A stretch of 64,000 bases of DNA from an uncultured Verrucomicrobiae bacterium (GCA_963765205.1 CAVXVB010000009.1:64001-128000); one strand, 5' to 3'; counted from the first letter of the stretch, positions 21,096 to 34,500 are shown. Translations and numbers: made by a program. Notes: generated by a model not told the origin, from the sequence alone.

Positions 21096-22031
21096 ATGAA
21101 GTCACTACGCCTCTCCTCCTTGGTTATTCTCACTGCGGCTTGCGCGGTTTTGACTGCGCCGGCCACCCGCGCGCAATCCATTTTCACGCAGTGGAATTTC
21201 AACCTCGATGGCAACGGCACCGTGGCTGCCCCCGACAACTCCCCCGCGCCGAATATTGGCAACGGCACCGCCAACAGTCTCGGGATGACGAATAGCTATA
21301 CCTACATCAAGGGCAACACCACCGGGACTGGTTCGGTGACCTCGGACGATATTCTCCCCACCGCCGGCACGGGCAACGCGAGTTTTAGCGAGTCCCTCTG
21401 GCGCATCCGCGGAGCCTCCAGCAACACTTCCACGGGCACTACGGGCGACATCAACGGCTGGAACCTTTCCGCGCCGGAATACACGCAGGGTGTGGAATTC
21501 GACGTGAGTACCTTCGACTACACCAATATTACGGTGGGTTTCGACTGGTATAGCACCACGCAGGGCGTGCGCGATCTACAGGAACAATACAACTTGAACA
21601 TCTCGAACACCTCGGGCTGGATCAACATCAACCCGCTCCAGGTTGCCACCGCGAATGACTACGAGGGCGGCGCCAGTGTGTCTTCTCCGACGAACACCAT
21701 TTCCTTTGCCAACATTACCGGCGTCAACAACGATCCCACCTTCGGCATTCGCCTCGTCTCTGCGTATGACCCGCAATATACCGGCACGGGCTCGCCGACC
21801 TACACCGCGGCGAATCTGACGAACGGTACGACCGGCTCCCCCGTCATCTACAACGACAATTCCGGCAACTGGCGCTTTGGCAATATTACTTTCTCAGGCA
21901 CCCCGGACGTGGTTTCGGTTCCTGAACCGGGCATGACGGCCCTGCTGGCGGGAGCGATGGCGCTGGGGGTCGTGTTGGAGCATCGGCGCCGCCAGGCCAA
22001 GGGCACCCCACCAGCACCGAATCAAGCGTAA
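21096..22031 (+). CDS. secreted PEP-CTERM protein
   Basis: Signal peptide; Thr/Asn/Gly-rich; VPEPGMTALLAGAMALGVVLEHRRR. Confidence 0.88.
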   Translation: MKSLRLSSLVILTAACAVLTAPATRAQSIFTQWNFNLDGNGTVAAPDNSPAPNIGNGTANSLGMTNSYTYIKGNTTGTGSVTSDDILPTAGTGNASFSESLWRIRGASSNTSTGTTGDINGWNLSAPEYTQGVEFDVSTFDYTNITVGFDWYSTTQGVRDLQEQYNLNISNTSGWININPLQVATANDYEGGASVSSPTNTISFANITGVNNDPTFGIRLVSAYDPQYTGTGSPTYTAANLTNGTTGSPVIYNDNSGNWRFGNITFSGTPDVVSVPEPGMTALLAGAMALGVVLEHRRRQAKGTPPAPNQA

Positions 22032-22060
22032 ATAGCCCATGGTTGGATTGCGCCAACTCA

Positions 22061-22184
22061 AACGCTCAACATTTAACGTTTAACGCTCAACGTTCAAGTT
22101 TTGGACGATAGCCAGGATTTTCAACGAGCCACCTTCCACGAGGGGTTTTCAGAATTGAGCGTTAAACGTTGATCGTTTAATGTC
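22061..22184. repeat. palindromic intergenic element built from 7-bp units (AACGYTY-like)
   Basis: aacgctc/aacattt/aacgttt/aacgctc/aacgttc/aagtttt at 22061-22102; inverted arm gagcgtt/aaacgtt/gatcgtt at 22157-22177. Confidence 0.85.
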
Positions 22185-22205
22185 TCTTCCCAAGCCGAAA
22201 ATGTT

Positions 22206-23282
22206 CTAATGCCCGCCGTCAAGGTCGCCGGGTTTGAGTAGCGGGGCGAAGACGGATTTGTTCGCGCCTTTCATGTAGGCTTCCTTCGGCTCGATGACGC
22301 CCTCTTTCACGCGGGCCATCAGGCTGCCGTCCATCGAGATCATCCCGTCGGCGAAGCCGCTCTCAATGATGTTGCGGATGTTGGCGATCTGGCCGAGGCG
22401 GATGGTGTTGGGCAGCGCCTCGTGCGCGAGCAGGATTTCGTGGACGGCGCAGCGGCCCTTGGGCTTGCGCTTGCACAGCAGTTGCGCGACCACGCCGGCC
22501 AAGCAGCCGGAGAGCATCACGCGCACCTGGTTCTGCTCGTCGGCGGGAAAGGTGTTGATAATGCGGTCCACCGTCTTCGGCGCATTGTTGGTGTGCAGCG
22601 TGCCGAAGACCAGCATGCCCATCGAGGCGCACCCGAGCGCGAGCTTGATCGTCTCCAACTCGCGCATTTCGCCCAGCAGCAGGATGTCCGGGTCGTGGCG
22701 CATGGCGCCTTTGAGCGCCGCGGCGAAGGACTGCGTGTGCTCGCCGACCTCGCGGTGGACGATGATGGACTTCTTGACCGGGTGGACGAACTCGATGGGG
22801 TCCTCGATGGTGATGATATGCTTGGATAGATTGGTGTTGATATAATCTATCATCGCGGCCAGGGTGGTGGACTTGCCGCTGCCGGTCGGCCCGGTGACGA
22901 CGACCAGGCCTTGTTCCAGGTGGCAGAGTTTTTTGAGCGCCTCGGGCAGTTTCAGGTCCTCGAAGGACATGATTTTCGCGGGAATCTGCCGGAAGACGGC
23001 CGCCTGGCCCCAGTGGTTGTAAAGGTAGTTGCCGCGGAACCGCGCCAGGCCCGGCACTTCGTGCGCGAGGTCGAGGTCGTGGCGTTCGAGATAGTCGTTC
23101 CAGCGGCGCTCGGGAACAATCTCCTTGAGCAGCGTCTCCATCGTCGCCGCGTCAATCGGCTGATCGGCGATGGCCTGAAGCGAGCCGGACGCGCGCGCCT
23201 TCGGCGGCAGCCCGACGGTGAGGTGCAGGTCGGAGCCGCCCTTTTCGAGCAGCGTGCGCAGCAGTTGGTCAATGGCGGGCAT
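22206..23282 (-). CDS. pilT: type IV pilus retraction ATPase PilT family
   Basis: GSDLHL, GPTGSGKSTT, TIEDPIE, MRHDPD...GEMR, GTLHT. Confidence 0.9.
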   Translation of the reverse strand: MPAIDQLLRTLLEKGGSDLHLTVGLPPKARASGSLQAIADQPIDAATMETLLKEIVPERRWNDYLERHDLDLAHEVPGLARFRGNYLYNHWGQAAVFRQIPAKIMSFEDLKLPEALKKLCHLEQGLVVVTGPTGSGKSTTLAAMIDYINTNLSKHIITIEDPIEFVHPVKKSIIVHREVGEHTQSFAAALKGAMRHDPDILLLGEMRELETIKLALGCASMGMLVFGTLHTNNAPKTVDRIINTFPADEQNQVRVMLSGCLAGVVAQLLCKRKPKGRCAVHEILLAHEALPNTIRLGQIANIRNIIESGFADGMISMDGSLMARVKEGVIEPKEAYMKGANKSVFAPLLKPGDLDGGH

Positions 23283-23289
23283 GGGGGTC

Positions 23290-23538
23290 TTATCCAGCGG
23301 AGACGGCTACTTCGCGTTCGGAGGCCGGCCACGCGGCGTAGGTCAGTGCGGCGTCGATGTCCTCCGGCTCCAAGTAGGGGAAATCGCGCAGAATCTCTTC
23401 GCGCGGCACGCCTGCGCCGATCAGGCCGACGACCATCCCCGCCGTCACCCGCAGGCCGCGGATGCGGGCCTTGCCGCCCATCACGGCCGGGTCGTGCGTG
23501 ATGCGTTTCAACAAGGCTTCTTCATGTCCGGCGGTCAT
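23290..23538 (-). CDS. DUF433-like putative antitoxin
   Basis: RIT.DP.VMGGKA.IRG.RV ... EEIL.DFP.LE.EDI.AAL.YA. Confidence 0.9.
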   Translation of the reverse strand: MTAGHEEALLKRITHDPAVMGGKARIRGLRVTAGMVVGLIGAGVPREEILRDFPYLEPEDIDAALTYAAWPASEREVAVSAG

Positions 23539-23621
23539 GGGATGATTCTAGCTTTAGGATATGGAACCGCAAGTTCTTTTCGAGCGGCGTGTGCCACATT
23601 TGGTCAAGGACGGAATACTAT

Positions 23622-23879
23622 TTATTTGGCTGGAGCGGTGTCGTTTAAATGTAGAAGCAACGTAATTTCAAAAATAACACACATGATAACCACAAGCCAT
23701 TGAAGGATGACAGCGAACCAAAACATGAACGGCTCTTTGCGCCGGTCAAATTTGCGGCGCGAGTAAAACTGAGGGATAATGCCCGATTTGATGGCCCTCA
23801 ACGTATACAACGAGAGCACCCAACCGACAAAAGGGAAAACTGCAGCCAAATATAAATTTGTGTAGTATGTATAGTTCAC
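23622..23879 (-). CDS. small AT-rich two-TM hypothetical protein
   Basis: GTG overlaps the upstream TGA (GTGA); 85 aa; two hydrophobic helices around RRKEPFMFW. Confidence 0.6.
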   Translation of the reverse strand: MNYTYYTNLYLAAVFPFVGWVLSLYTLRAIKSGIIPQFYSRRKFDRRKEPFMFWFAVILQWLVVIMCVIFEITLLLHLNDTAPAK

Positions 23880-25291
23880 GCAATTTTTTCGCGCAAAACG
23901 CGGTTGGTGATGTTGCTGAGGGCGACTTCGGAGGTGATTTTGCGTTCCTGCCAGAGGCCGAAGACGACGTTGTCCATCAGGCACATGCCTTCGCGCGTGC
24001 CGGTTTCCATGGTGTTGCGCAGGCCGGAGGACTTGTTTTCCTTGATCATGGCCTGGATGGCGGTGTTGCTGACGAGGATTTCGCAGGCGAGCACCAGGCC
24101 GCCCTCGCGGCTGGGCAGCAGGCGCTGGCAGACGATGCCGCGCAGGCTTTCGGCCACGCTGGAGCGGATCTGCGTCTGCTGCGCGGGCGCGAACACGTCG
24201 AGCAGGCGGTTGAGCGTGGTGGTGGCGTCGCTGGTGTGCATGGTGCCGATGACGAGGTGGCCGGTCTCCGAGGCGCTGATGGCCATCTCGATGGTTTCCA
24301 AATCGCGCAGCTCACCGATGATGATGATGTCCGGGTCTTCGCGCAGGGCGCCTTTGAGCGCGCTGAAAAACGTCTTGGTGTGGGTGCCGACTTCGCGCTG
24401 CGAGACGTTGCAGCCCTTCGCAGATTGGACGACCTCAATCGGGTCCTCGACGGTGATGATGTGGTCGGTGCGGCTCTCGTTGAGGTAGGCGACAATCGAG
24501 GCGAGCGTCGTCGTCTTGCCCGAGCCGACGGGGCCGGTGATGAGGATGAGGCCGTTGTGGTAGGACAGCATCTTCATCAGCGTCGGCAGATGCTCGGTGT
24601 AGCCGAGGTCGGCGAGCGAGCGTGTTTCAGCGGGTATCATGCGGTAGGCGCCGGCCGCGCCGTTCTTGTGGAACATCAGGTTCACGCGGTAACGGTCGGA
24701 GCCGCCGAGCGAAAGGGCGTAGTCGAGGTCCTTGCGTTCGAGATAGTTTTTTTTCTGCTCTTCGGTCAGCAGCGCGGTGTTCAGGCGCAGCGTGTCTTCC
24801 GGCGTGAGCGTGTGGGGGGAAATAAAGGCGAGCGCTCGGTTTTTGCGGATGAAGGGGCGCGAGCCGGTGGAGAGGTGCAGGTCGCTGGCCCCGTGGCGGG
24901 CGGTGGCGCGGAGCAACTCGCGCAACGCGGCGGCCAGCGAGGGGTCGTCCATCATGGCCACTTGGTCGAAGGGGAATTTCGGCGCGGGGCCGGACCCGGC
25001 GGCGGGTTTGGCTGCGCCTTGGCCGGCGGGTGGGGGAGTCTCCTCCGCTTCTTCCTCCGCATCGAAGGGATTGCTCAGGGGCGGCCCTTTTTCGGCCTTG
25101 GCCATGGCGAGGTCGGCCAGCTTCTCCAGCAACTCGACGTTGTCGGTGATGCCATCATCAAGTAGTTTTTGCGCGAAGACAATCAGCTCGGCATTGTCGC
25201 CGACGGCGGCGCGGACAGCAGCCGCCTGCGGGCGGGTGAAGAGGGCCTGGTCCAGGCCGAGTTTGACGAGCCAGAGGATGGCGGGTTGCAT
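23876..25291 (-). CDS. PilT/PilU-family ATPase with an N-terminal extension
   Basis: GASDLHL, GPVGSGKTTT, ALREDPD..IGELRD, GTMHT; more than 100 extra N-terminal residues. Confidence 0.9.
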   Translation of the reverse strand: MQPAILWLVKLGLDQALFTRPQAAAVRAAVGDNAELIVFAQKLLDDGITDNVELLEKLADLAMAKAEKGPPLSNPFDAEEEAEETPPPAGQGAAKPAAGSGPAPKFPFDQVAMMDDPSLAAALRELLRATARHGASDLHLSTGSRPFIRKNRALAFISPHTLTPEDTLRLNTALLTEEQKKNYLERKDLDYALSLGGSDRYRVNLMFHKNGAAGAYRMIPAETRSLADLGYTEHLPTLMKMLSYHNGLILITGPVGSGKTTTLASIVAYLNESRTDHIITVEDPIEVVQSAKGCNVSQREVGTHTKTFFSALKGALREDPDIIIIGELRDLETIEMAISASETGHLVIGTMHTSDATTTLNRLLDVFAPAQQTQIRSSVAESLRGIVCQRLLPSREGGLVLACEILVSNTAIQAMIKENKSSGLRNTMETGTREGMCLMDNVVFGLWQERKITSEVALSNITNRVLREKIA

Positions 25292-25514
25292 GGGAGCGGC
25301 GGATGAGCGCCGCCATTCTAGCAGAAAATCGCTCCCTGCCAAGCGCGAAGGCTGTTTTCGATGCTTGGCCCCGTTTTGTCCAATGCACCGCCGGACCTGG
25401 CACTGCGCGCACCACCCAACGACACCAAAACGGCACAAATATATCTTGCGGATGACGTATCGGTTTCTTAAAATACCCAAAGGACTACCTTCATTGTGAT
25501 ACCGCTCCTGTCCG

Positions 25515-28500
25515 ATGAAAATCATCGCGCTCGCCCGTGTTGTTTTTTTGGCCCTGCCCGCCTTGCTCGCTTTGCCCGCCAGCGGGCAAGTGACCGTTCC
25601 CAGCCTGGACCTCACCGCCGGACAATTAAGTGGTCCCGGCAGCGAACAGGTGCTGGGCAATTTTACCTGGGAGCCGGGTGCGAGCATTACGAATGCCCTC
25701 GTGCTGACGCTCAACGGCACGAGCACGGTGGGCGATGTGATTGTCAACGGCTACGAAAACCTCACTGCCACGGTGGACAACTTCGGCAATGCTACGTTGG
25801 TGGCGCCGCTGGGCATCGGTTATGGTCTCTATGACAATAACAGCGGCACGGCGGTGTGGGACAACCAGGCCGGCAGTTCCTTTACGGTGGTGGATGCGGC
25901 CTCCATTATTGGCAGTTCTTCTTCGCAGTTTATCAACGAAACGGGGGTGACTTTTACCAAAACGGGCGCCAATACCAGCGTGGTAAATTGGGATTTCACC
26001 AACAATGGCACGATCTCCGTCCAGCAGGGCACGCTGGAGTTTTCGGGTCTCACCTTCAACGGCACTGGCGCGGCCAACACCGCCTCCGGTGCCACGCTGC
26101 AATTCAACAGCGTGACCTTGGGCAACGGCACCGCGCTCACCGGCAACGCCAACGTCCTCTTGATGGGCGCCACCATGCTGGGCGGGGCGGCGCAGGTGTC
26201 GAACGCCACGCTGCAAGGCGAGCTAACCGGTTCGGGCAACCTCACGGTATTGGGCACTTTGACGTGGATGCCGGGGGCGAACATCACGAACACGAGCGGA
26301 CTGACGCTCAATGGCAATGTCACGTTGGGCGGCGTGAACTCCACCGGCTATGAAAACATCACCGCAGCCACCGTGGACTACGCCGGCAATGCCACCTTGT
26401 CCTCCACCCCCGGCATCGCGTATGGCCTGGAAGACAACAACAGCGGCACGGCAGTGTGGGACGATAAGGCTGGCAGTTCCTTCATCGTGGTGGATGCCGC
26501 CTCCATTATTGGCAGTTCTGCCTCACAGTTCATCAACGAAGCCGGGGCCACCTTCACCAAGACCGGCGCTAACACCAGCGCGGTGGATTGGGATTTCACC
26601 AACAATGGGACTGTTTCCGTCCAGCAGGGCACGCTGGAGTTTGATGGCCTCACTTACAATGGCTCGGGGTCGGCTTCCATCGCCGCGAACGCCACGCTAG
26701 AACTCAGCGGCTTGACGCTGTCCAGCAACCTGGCCGTGACAGGCAACGCCGCCGGGGCCACGTTGCAATTCAACAGCGTGATGCTGGACAATGGGACCGT
26801 GGTGACGGGCAACGCCACTCTCTTGCTGACGGGTGCCACCACGCTGGGCGGGACGGCGCAGGTGCCGAATGCCACGCTGCAAGGCACCCTCACCGCCCCG
26901 CCGCAAGGCAACCTCACCGGCACCGGCAGCCTCACGGTGCTGGGCACGTTGACGTGGATGCCGGGGGGCGCCATCGCGAGCATCAGCCCGCTGACGCTCA
27001 ATGGCACGGTCGCGCTGGGCGGCGTGAATACCAGCGGCTATGAAAACATCACCGCAACCACGGTGGACTACACCGGCAACGCCACGTTGTCCTCCACCCC
27101 CGGCATCGCGTATGGCCTCTATGACAACAACAGCGGCACGGCGGTGTGGGACAATAAGGCGGGCAGTTCCTTCACCGTGGTGGACGCGGCCTCCATCATC
27201 GGTAGTTCCACTTCGCAGTTCATCAACGAAGCCGGGGCGACTTTCATCAAGACGGGAGCGAACACCAGCTCTGTAGATTGGGATTTCACCAACAACGGAA
27301 CCGTTTCCGTCCAGCAGGGCACGCTGGAGTTTAACGGCCTCACCTATAACGGCACGGGGTCCGCCACCATCGCTGCGAACGCCACTCTGGAACTCAACGC
27401 CTTGACGTTGACCAGCAACCTGGCCGTGACTGGCAACGCGGCGGCGGGGGCCACGCTGCAATTCAACAGCGTGACGCTGGACAATGGGACCGTGGTGACG
27501 GGCAACACCCCGCTTTTGCTGACGGGCGCCACCACGCTGGGCGGGGCCGCGCAGGTGTCGAATGCCACGCTGCAAGGCACCCTCACCGCCCCATTACAAG
27601 GCAACGTCACCGGCACCGGCAGCCTGAAGGTGTTGGGCACGTTGACGTGGGCGCCGGGGGGTGCCATTGCGAACATCAGCCCGCTGACGCTCAATGGCAC
27701 GGTCGCGCTGGGCGGGGTGAACACCATTGATTATGAAAACATCACCGTGGCCACGGTGGACTACACCGGCAACGCCACGTTGTCCTCCACCCCCGGCATT
27801 GCGTATGGCCTGGAGGACAACAACAGCGGCACGGTGGTGTGGGACAACAAGTCCGGCAGTTCCTTCACCGTAGTGGACGCCGCCTCCATCATTGGCAGTT
27901 CCGCTTCGCAGTTCATCAACGAAGCCGGGGCGACGTTCACCAAGACGGGCGCCAACACCAGCTATGAGGAATGGGATTTCACCAATAACGGCACGGTCGA
28001 GGTGGCTGGCGGCACCCTGAATTTCCAGGGTTCCGTCACCCAAATTACGGGCACCAACCTCACTGGCGGCACCTGGCAGGTTGACGCCGGCGCGACGCTG
28101 GACTTTCCGTCCGGCACCAACCTCACCAATAATTATGGCACGATCATCCTCAATGGCGCCGGCGCTTCGATTCCAGCCCTCAATAATCTGGCGGAGAACG
28201 ACGGTTCGTTCCAAGTCCTGAACGGCGGTTCCTTCACCACGGCGGGAAATTTTACGAACAACGGCACGCTGGTGCTCGGCGGCGGCACTTTCAATCCGCC
28301 CGGTGCGGGCGCGGCCTTCCTCAATCAAACGGGGGCCAGCCTGGTGGACACGGGCAACAACACCAACGTGCTGTCCTGGAATTTCACCAACAACGGAACG
28401 ATTTCCGTCCAGGCGGGCACGTTGGAGTTGCAGGGGATTACCTTTAACGGCCACGGCTCGGCCAACACTTCATCCGGTGCCACTTTGCAATTTGACAGCG

Positions 28501-31500
28501 TGACGCTGGCCGGCAACCCGGCGGTATCGGGCAATGGCGTGACCCTGTTCACGGGCACGGACACGTTAAGCGCCGGCGTGCAGGTGCAAAGTGCCGCGCT
28601 CCAGGGCTACTTGGTCGGTTCCGGCAGCCTCACGGTGCTGGGCAATTTCACCTGGGCCGCGAATGAGGCCATCGAGACCACCGGCGGGGTGACGCTCCAC
28701 GGCCCGACCACGATTGGCGACGTGGTTAGCAATGCCTACGAATACCTCGAAGCCGGCGCGGGTAATCTGGCCACGATCTACAACTACGGCAATGCGACGG
28801 TGTTCGCGATCCCAGGCCAGCAATTGGGCCTGTATGACAGCAACACCGGCACGGCGGTCTGGGACAACAAGGCGGGCAGTTCTTTCACCTTAAGTGACTC
28901 GGCTTCCATTATCAGCAGTTCCACTTCGCAGTTCATCAACGAAGCCGGGGCCGGTTTCACCAAGACGGGTGCCAACACGAGTTTGGTGAATTGGGGTTTT
29001 ACCAACAACGGCACGATTGCCGTCCAAGGGGGCACGCTTGAGTTTTCGGGCCAAACCTACAACGGCAATGGTTCGGCGAATGTCACTGCTGGGGCCATGG
29101 TGCAATTTAACAGTGTGACCTTGGCCAGCAACCCGGCGGTGTCGGGCAATGGCGTGACCCTGTTCACGGGCACGGACACGTTAAGCGCCGGCGTGCAGGT
29201 GCAAAGTGCCGCGCTGCAAGGCTACCTGACCGGGTCCGGCAGCCTGACGGTGTCGGGTAATTTCACCTGGGCTGCGGAGGAGGCCATCGAGAACACCGGC
29301 GGGGTGACGCTCCACGGCCCGACCACGATTGGCGACGTGGTTAGCAACGCCTACGAATACCTCGAAACCGGCGCGGGCAATCTGGCCACGATCTACAACT
29401 ACGGCAATGCGACGGTGCTGGCGATCCCAGGCCAGCAATTGGGCTTGTATGACAGCAATACCGGCACTGCGGTCTGGGACAATAAAGCGGGCAGTTCCTT
29501 CACGCTGGCGGACTCGGCCTCCATTATCAGCAGTTCCGCTTCGCAGTTCATCAACGAAGCCGGGGCGAACTTCACCAAGACTGGCGGCAACACCAGTTTG
29601 GTGAATTGGGGGTTCACCAACAACGGGACGATATCCGTCCAGGGAGGCACGCTCGAGTTTTCGGGCCAAACCTACAACGGCAATGGTTTGGCGAATGTCA
29701 CTGCTGGGGCCATGGTGCAATTTAACAGTGTGACCTTGGCCAGCAACCCGGCGGTGTCGGGTAATGGCGTGACCTTGTTCACGGGCACGGACACCCTGGG
29801 CGCCGCAGCGCAGGCGCAGAATGCCGCGCTGCAAGGCTACATGGCTGGTTCCGGCAGCCTGACGGTGTCGGGTAATTTCACCTGGGCCGCGGAGGAGGCC
29901 ATCGAGAACACCGGCGGGGTGACGCTCCACGGCCCAACCACGATTGGCGACGTGGTTAGCAACGCCTACGAATACCTCGAAGCCGGCGCGGGCAATCTGG
30001 CCACGATCTACAACTACGGCAATGCGACGGTGCTGGCGATCCCGGGCCAGCAATTGGGCTTGTATGACAGCAATACCGGCACTGCGGTCTGGGACAACAA
30101 AGCGGGCAGTTCCTTCACGCTGGCGGACTCGGCCTCCATTATCAGCAGTTCCGCTTCGCAGTTTATCAACGAAGCCGGGGCGAACTTTACCAAAACCGGC
30201 GGCAATACCAGCCTGGTGGAATGGAACCTCAACAACAACGGCACCGTCGAGGTGGCCGGCGGCACGTTGAATCTCCAAAGTTCCGTGACCCAGATTTCGG
30301 GATCGGATCTCTCCGGCGGCGCCTGGCAGGTGGACGCCGGGGCGACGCTAGAATTTCCGTCCGGCGCCAATTTCACGACCAATCATGGCACGGTCATCCT
30401 CAACGGTATCGGTTCGGTGTTTACGCCCATCAATGCCCTCGTCGAAAACGACGGCTCCTTCCAAATCCTGAACGGACGTTCCTTCACCACGGTGGGAAAT
30501 TTTACGAACAACGGCACCTTGGTGGTCGGCAGCGGCAATTTCACCCCGCCCAGCGTCGGCGCGGATTTTATCAATGAGGCCGGCGCCACTTTCATCAAGA
30601 CGGGCGGCAACACCAGTCTCGCGCAATGGGATTTCATCAATGACGGCTCCGTCTCGGTGCAGAACGGCACGCTCGATTTTTCGGGTATCACCTACAACGG
30701 TGCAAGTTCGACGAGCGTCGCTTCCGGGGCTACGCTCCAGTTTAACAGCGTCATGTTGAGCAACGGCACGGTGGTGACCGGTGCGGGCGAAACTTTATTG
30801 ACTGGCACCACCACGTTAAACGGGTCGGCGCAGTTGGCGAACAGCTCGTGGCAGGGAACCGTGACCGGCGGCGGCAACTTAACCCTCACCCTGGAAGGCA
30901 CCACCACGCTGGGCGCCGTCAATAGCAGCACTTACGAATACTTGTATGCCAATTCTGGCAACCTGGCCACGGTGGACAACTTCGGCGCAGCCACCCTGCT
31001 GGCACCCCTCGGCACCGAATATGGCCTCTTTGACAACAACACCGGCACGGCGTTGTGGGACAACAAGGCCGGCAGTTCCTTCACCGTCAATGACGCCGCC
31101 TCCCTCCGCGGCAATTCCGCTTCGCAGTTCATCAATGAAGCCGGGGCAACCTTCATCAAGACGGGCGCCAACACCAGTCTGGAACAGTGGGACTTTACCA
31201 ACAATGGGAACATCTCCGCCCAAGGGGGCACGCTCGAATTTTCCAGTATAACTTTCAGTGGCAATGGCTCGGCCAATGCCGCGGCGGGCGCCACGATCCA
31301 ATTCAACAACGTGACGGTGGGCAATGGCACCGTGGTGACCGGCAACGCCATCCTCTTGCTGACGAGCACGACCACGCTGAATGGGTCGGCGCAGTTGACG
31401 AACAGTTCGTGGCAGGGGGGAGCGGTGACCGGCAATCTCACCCTCACGTTGGAAGGCACCACCACGTTGGGAACGTCGCCCGGCAGCTACTATGAATTGC

Positions 31501-34500
31501 TCTATGCAAACTCCGGCAACGTCGCCACGGTGGACAATTACGGCCCGGCCGCGGTGTCGGCGACTTTGGGAACGCAATATGGCCTGTTTGACGACAACAG
31601 CGGCACGGTGGTGTGGGACAACAAGCCGGGCAGTTCCTTCACCGTCAACGATGCTGCCTCCATTCAGGGCAGCTCGGCATCGGAGTTTATCAACGAAAGC
31701 GGCGCGACCTTCACCAAGACGGGCGCCAACACCAGTGTGGAGGGGTGGGAATTCACCAACAACGGAAACATTTCCATCCAAGGCGGCACCCTCGACTTTC
31801 GGGACATCACGTTTAACGGCGTCGGTTCGGCCAACACCGCTGCGGGGGCGACGCTACAATTGGAGGGCGTGACGCTGGGCAATGGCACCGTGGTGGCTGG
31901 CAACGCCTCGGTTCTGCTTACCAGCACGACGACGCTGGCCGGCTCCGCGCAATTGCCCAACCTCGTTTGGCAGGGCACCGTGACCGGCAACGGCAGCCTT
32001 ACGGTCGAAGGCACGACCACCCTCGGCACCAACGCCACCAGCGCCTACGAACACCTGTATGCGAATGCGGGCAACCTGGCCGCGGTGGATAACTACGGCA
32101 ATGCCGCGCTGCTTTCCACTCCCGGCACCGGCTATGGTCTGTTTGACGAAAATGACGGCACGGCATTGTGGGATAATAAGTCGGGCAGTTCGTTTACCGT
32201 CAACGACGCCTCTTCCATTCTGGGCCAGCCCGCTTCGCAGTTTATCAACGAAACCGGCGCCAACTTCACCAAGACCGGTGCCAACACCAGTGTGGAAAAC
32301 TGGGACTTCACCAACCACGGCAACATTTCCGTCCAGCAGGGCACACTCGACTTTTCCGGGATTACCTTTAGCGATAATGGTTCGGCCAGCGCCGCCCTCG
32401 GGGCCACGCTGCAATTCAATGGCGTGGCGCTCAGCGCCAACACGGTGGTGACTGGCAACGGCACCACTTTGTTGACGAGCACCGACACCGCCGCCGTCGC
32501 CCTGCAATTGCAAAACGCCACCCTCACCGGCACCCTGAACGGCGTGGGCAGCCTCAATGTCTTAGGCAATTTTGCCTGGAATGGCGGCTCCCTTTATAAC
32601 ACCGGCGGCGTGACGCTCAATGGCACGACCACCATCGGAGCGGGCAGTTACTACGAACACTTGGATGCCAGTCCCGGCAACCTGGCCACCGTGGACAACT
32701 ATGGCAATGCCACTCTGCAAGCCACTCCCGGCACCGGCTATGGCCTGTGGGACGACAATAACGGCACAGCCGAGTGGATTAATGAGGCGGGCAGTTCCTT
32801 CACCGTCAGCGATTCCGCCTCCATCCTGGGCAACCAGACCTCGCAGTTCATCAACGACAGCGGAGCCACCTTCGCCAAAACCGGCGCCAACACCAGCGTC
32901 GAGAATTGGGCCTTCACGAATAACGGCACCATCTCCGTCCAACAGGGCACGCTCGATTTTTCCAACATCACTTACAACGGTAATGGCCCGGCCAATGCCG
33001 CCGCCAACACCACGCTCCAGTTTGACAACGTGATGCTGGGCAATGGCACCGTGATCAGCGGCAATGCCACCCTTTTGCTGACGGGCGCCACCACGCTGAA
33101 TGGCACGGCGCAAGTGGCGAACCTTTCCTGGCAGGGAACGGTTTCAGGCAACCTCAGCCTCACTCTGGAAGGCGTCACCACGTTGGGGTCGTCGTCGGGC
33201 AGCTATTACGAATACCTGTATGCGTCTTCCGGCAACCTGGCCACGGTGGACAACTACGGCAACGCCACGTTGTCGGGGACGCCCGGCACCGGCTATGGCC
33301 TGTATGACGATAACACCGGCACGGCGGTGTGGAACAATGAGGCGGGCAGTTCCTTCACGGTCGACGACTCCGCCTCCATTCAGGGCTATCATACCTCGCA
33401 GTTCATCAACGCCGCCGGCGCGGACTTCATCAAGACTGGCGCCAACACCAGCATTGAGAATTGGGCGTTCACCAACAACGGCACCATTTCCGTTCGGGGG
33501 GGCACGCTCGACTTTTCCAACATCACCTATGTGGGCAACGGCCCGGCCAATGCCGCCGCGAACGCCACACTCCAATTTGACAACGTGACTCTGGGCAATG
33601 GCACTGTCGTCACGGGCAACGCCACCATCCTGCTGACCAGTACCACCACACTGAATGGTTTGGCCCAGTTGGCCAACGTCTCCTGGCAAGGCACGGTGAC
33701 CGGCAACCTCAGCTTCAACCTGGAAGGCGTGACCTCGCTGGGGTCGTCCTCGGCCAATCATTACGAATACCTCTACGCCAATTCCGGCAACTCAGCCACG
33801 GTGAACAATTTCGGCAATGCCACGCTGGCGGGGACGCCGGGCATCAACTTTGGCTTGAACGACAACAACAGCGGCACGGTGGTGTGGAACAACGAGGCGG
33901 GCGGTTCCTTCACCGTCAACGACGCCACCTCCATTTTGGGCAATCACACGTCGCAATTCATCAATGACAGCGGCGCGACCTTCACCAAGACCGGCGCCAA
34001 CACCAGCTTGGAGGATTGGGCGTTTACCAATAACGGCGCCATCTCCGTCGAGCAGGGCACGCTTGATTTCACCAACATCACCTACAACGGCAACGGCTCG
34101 GTCAACGCCGCGGCAAACGCCACCGTCCAATTTAGCAACGTCGCGTTCGGCAATGGCACGGTGGTGACGGGCAACGCCACCCTCCTGCTGTCCAGCACTC
34201 TCACGCTCAACGGCTCGCTGCAGTTGCCCGGCGTCTCCTGGCAGGGCACCGTGACCGGCAACGGCACCCTGACCTTGAACGGCACGACCACCATCGGGAC
34301 CTCGAGTAGTAGCTACGAATACCTCTATGCCAGTTCCGGCAACCAGGCCGTGGTGGACAACTACGGCGAAGTTGCGCTGTCGGCGGTCCCGGGCATCATT
34401 TATGGTTTGTATGACGACGGCAGCGGCACGGCGGTGTGGTTTAATCGGGCGGGGAGTTCCTTCACCACCAACGACGCCGCCTCTATTATCGGCAACGCCA

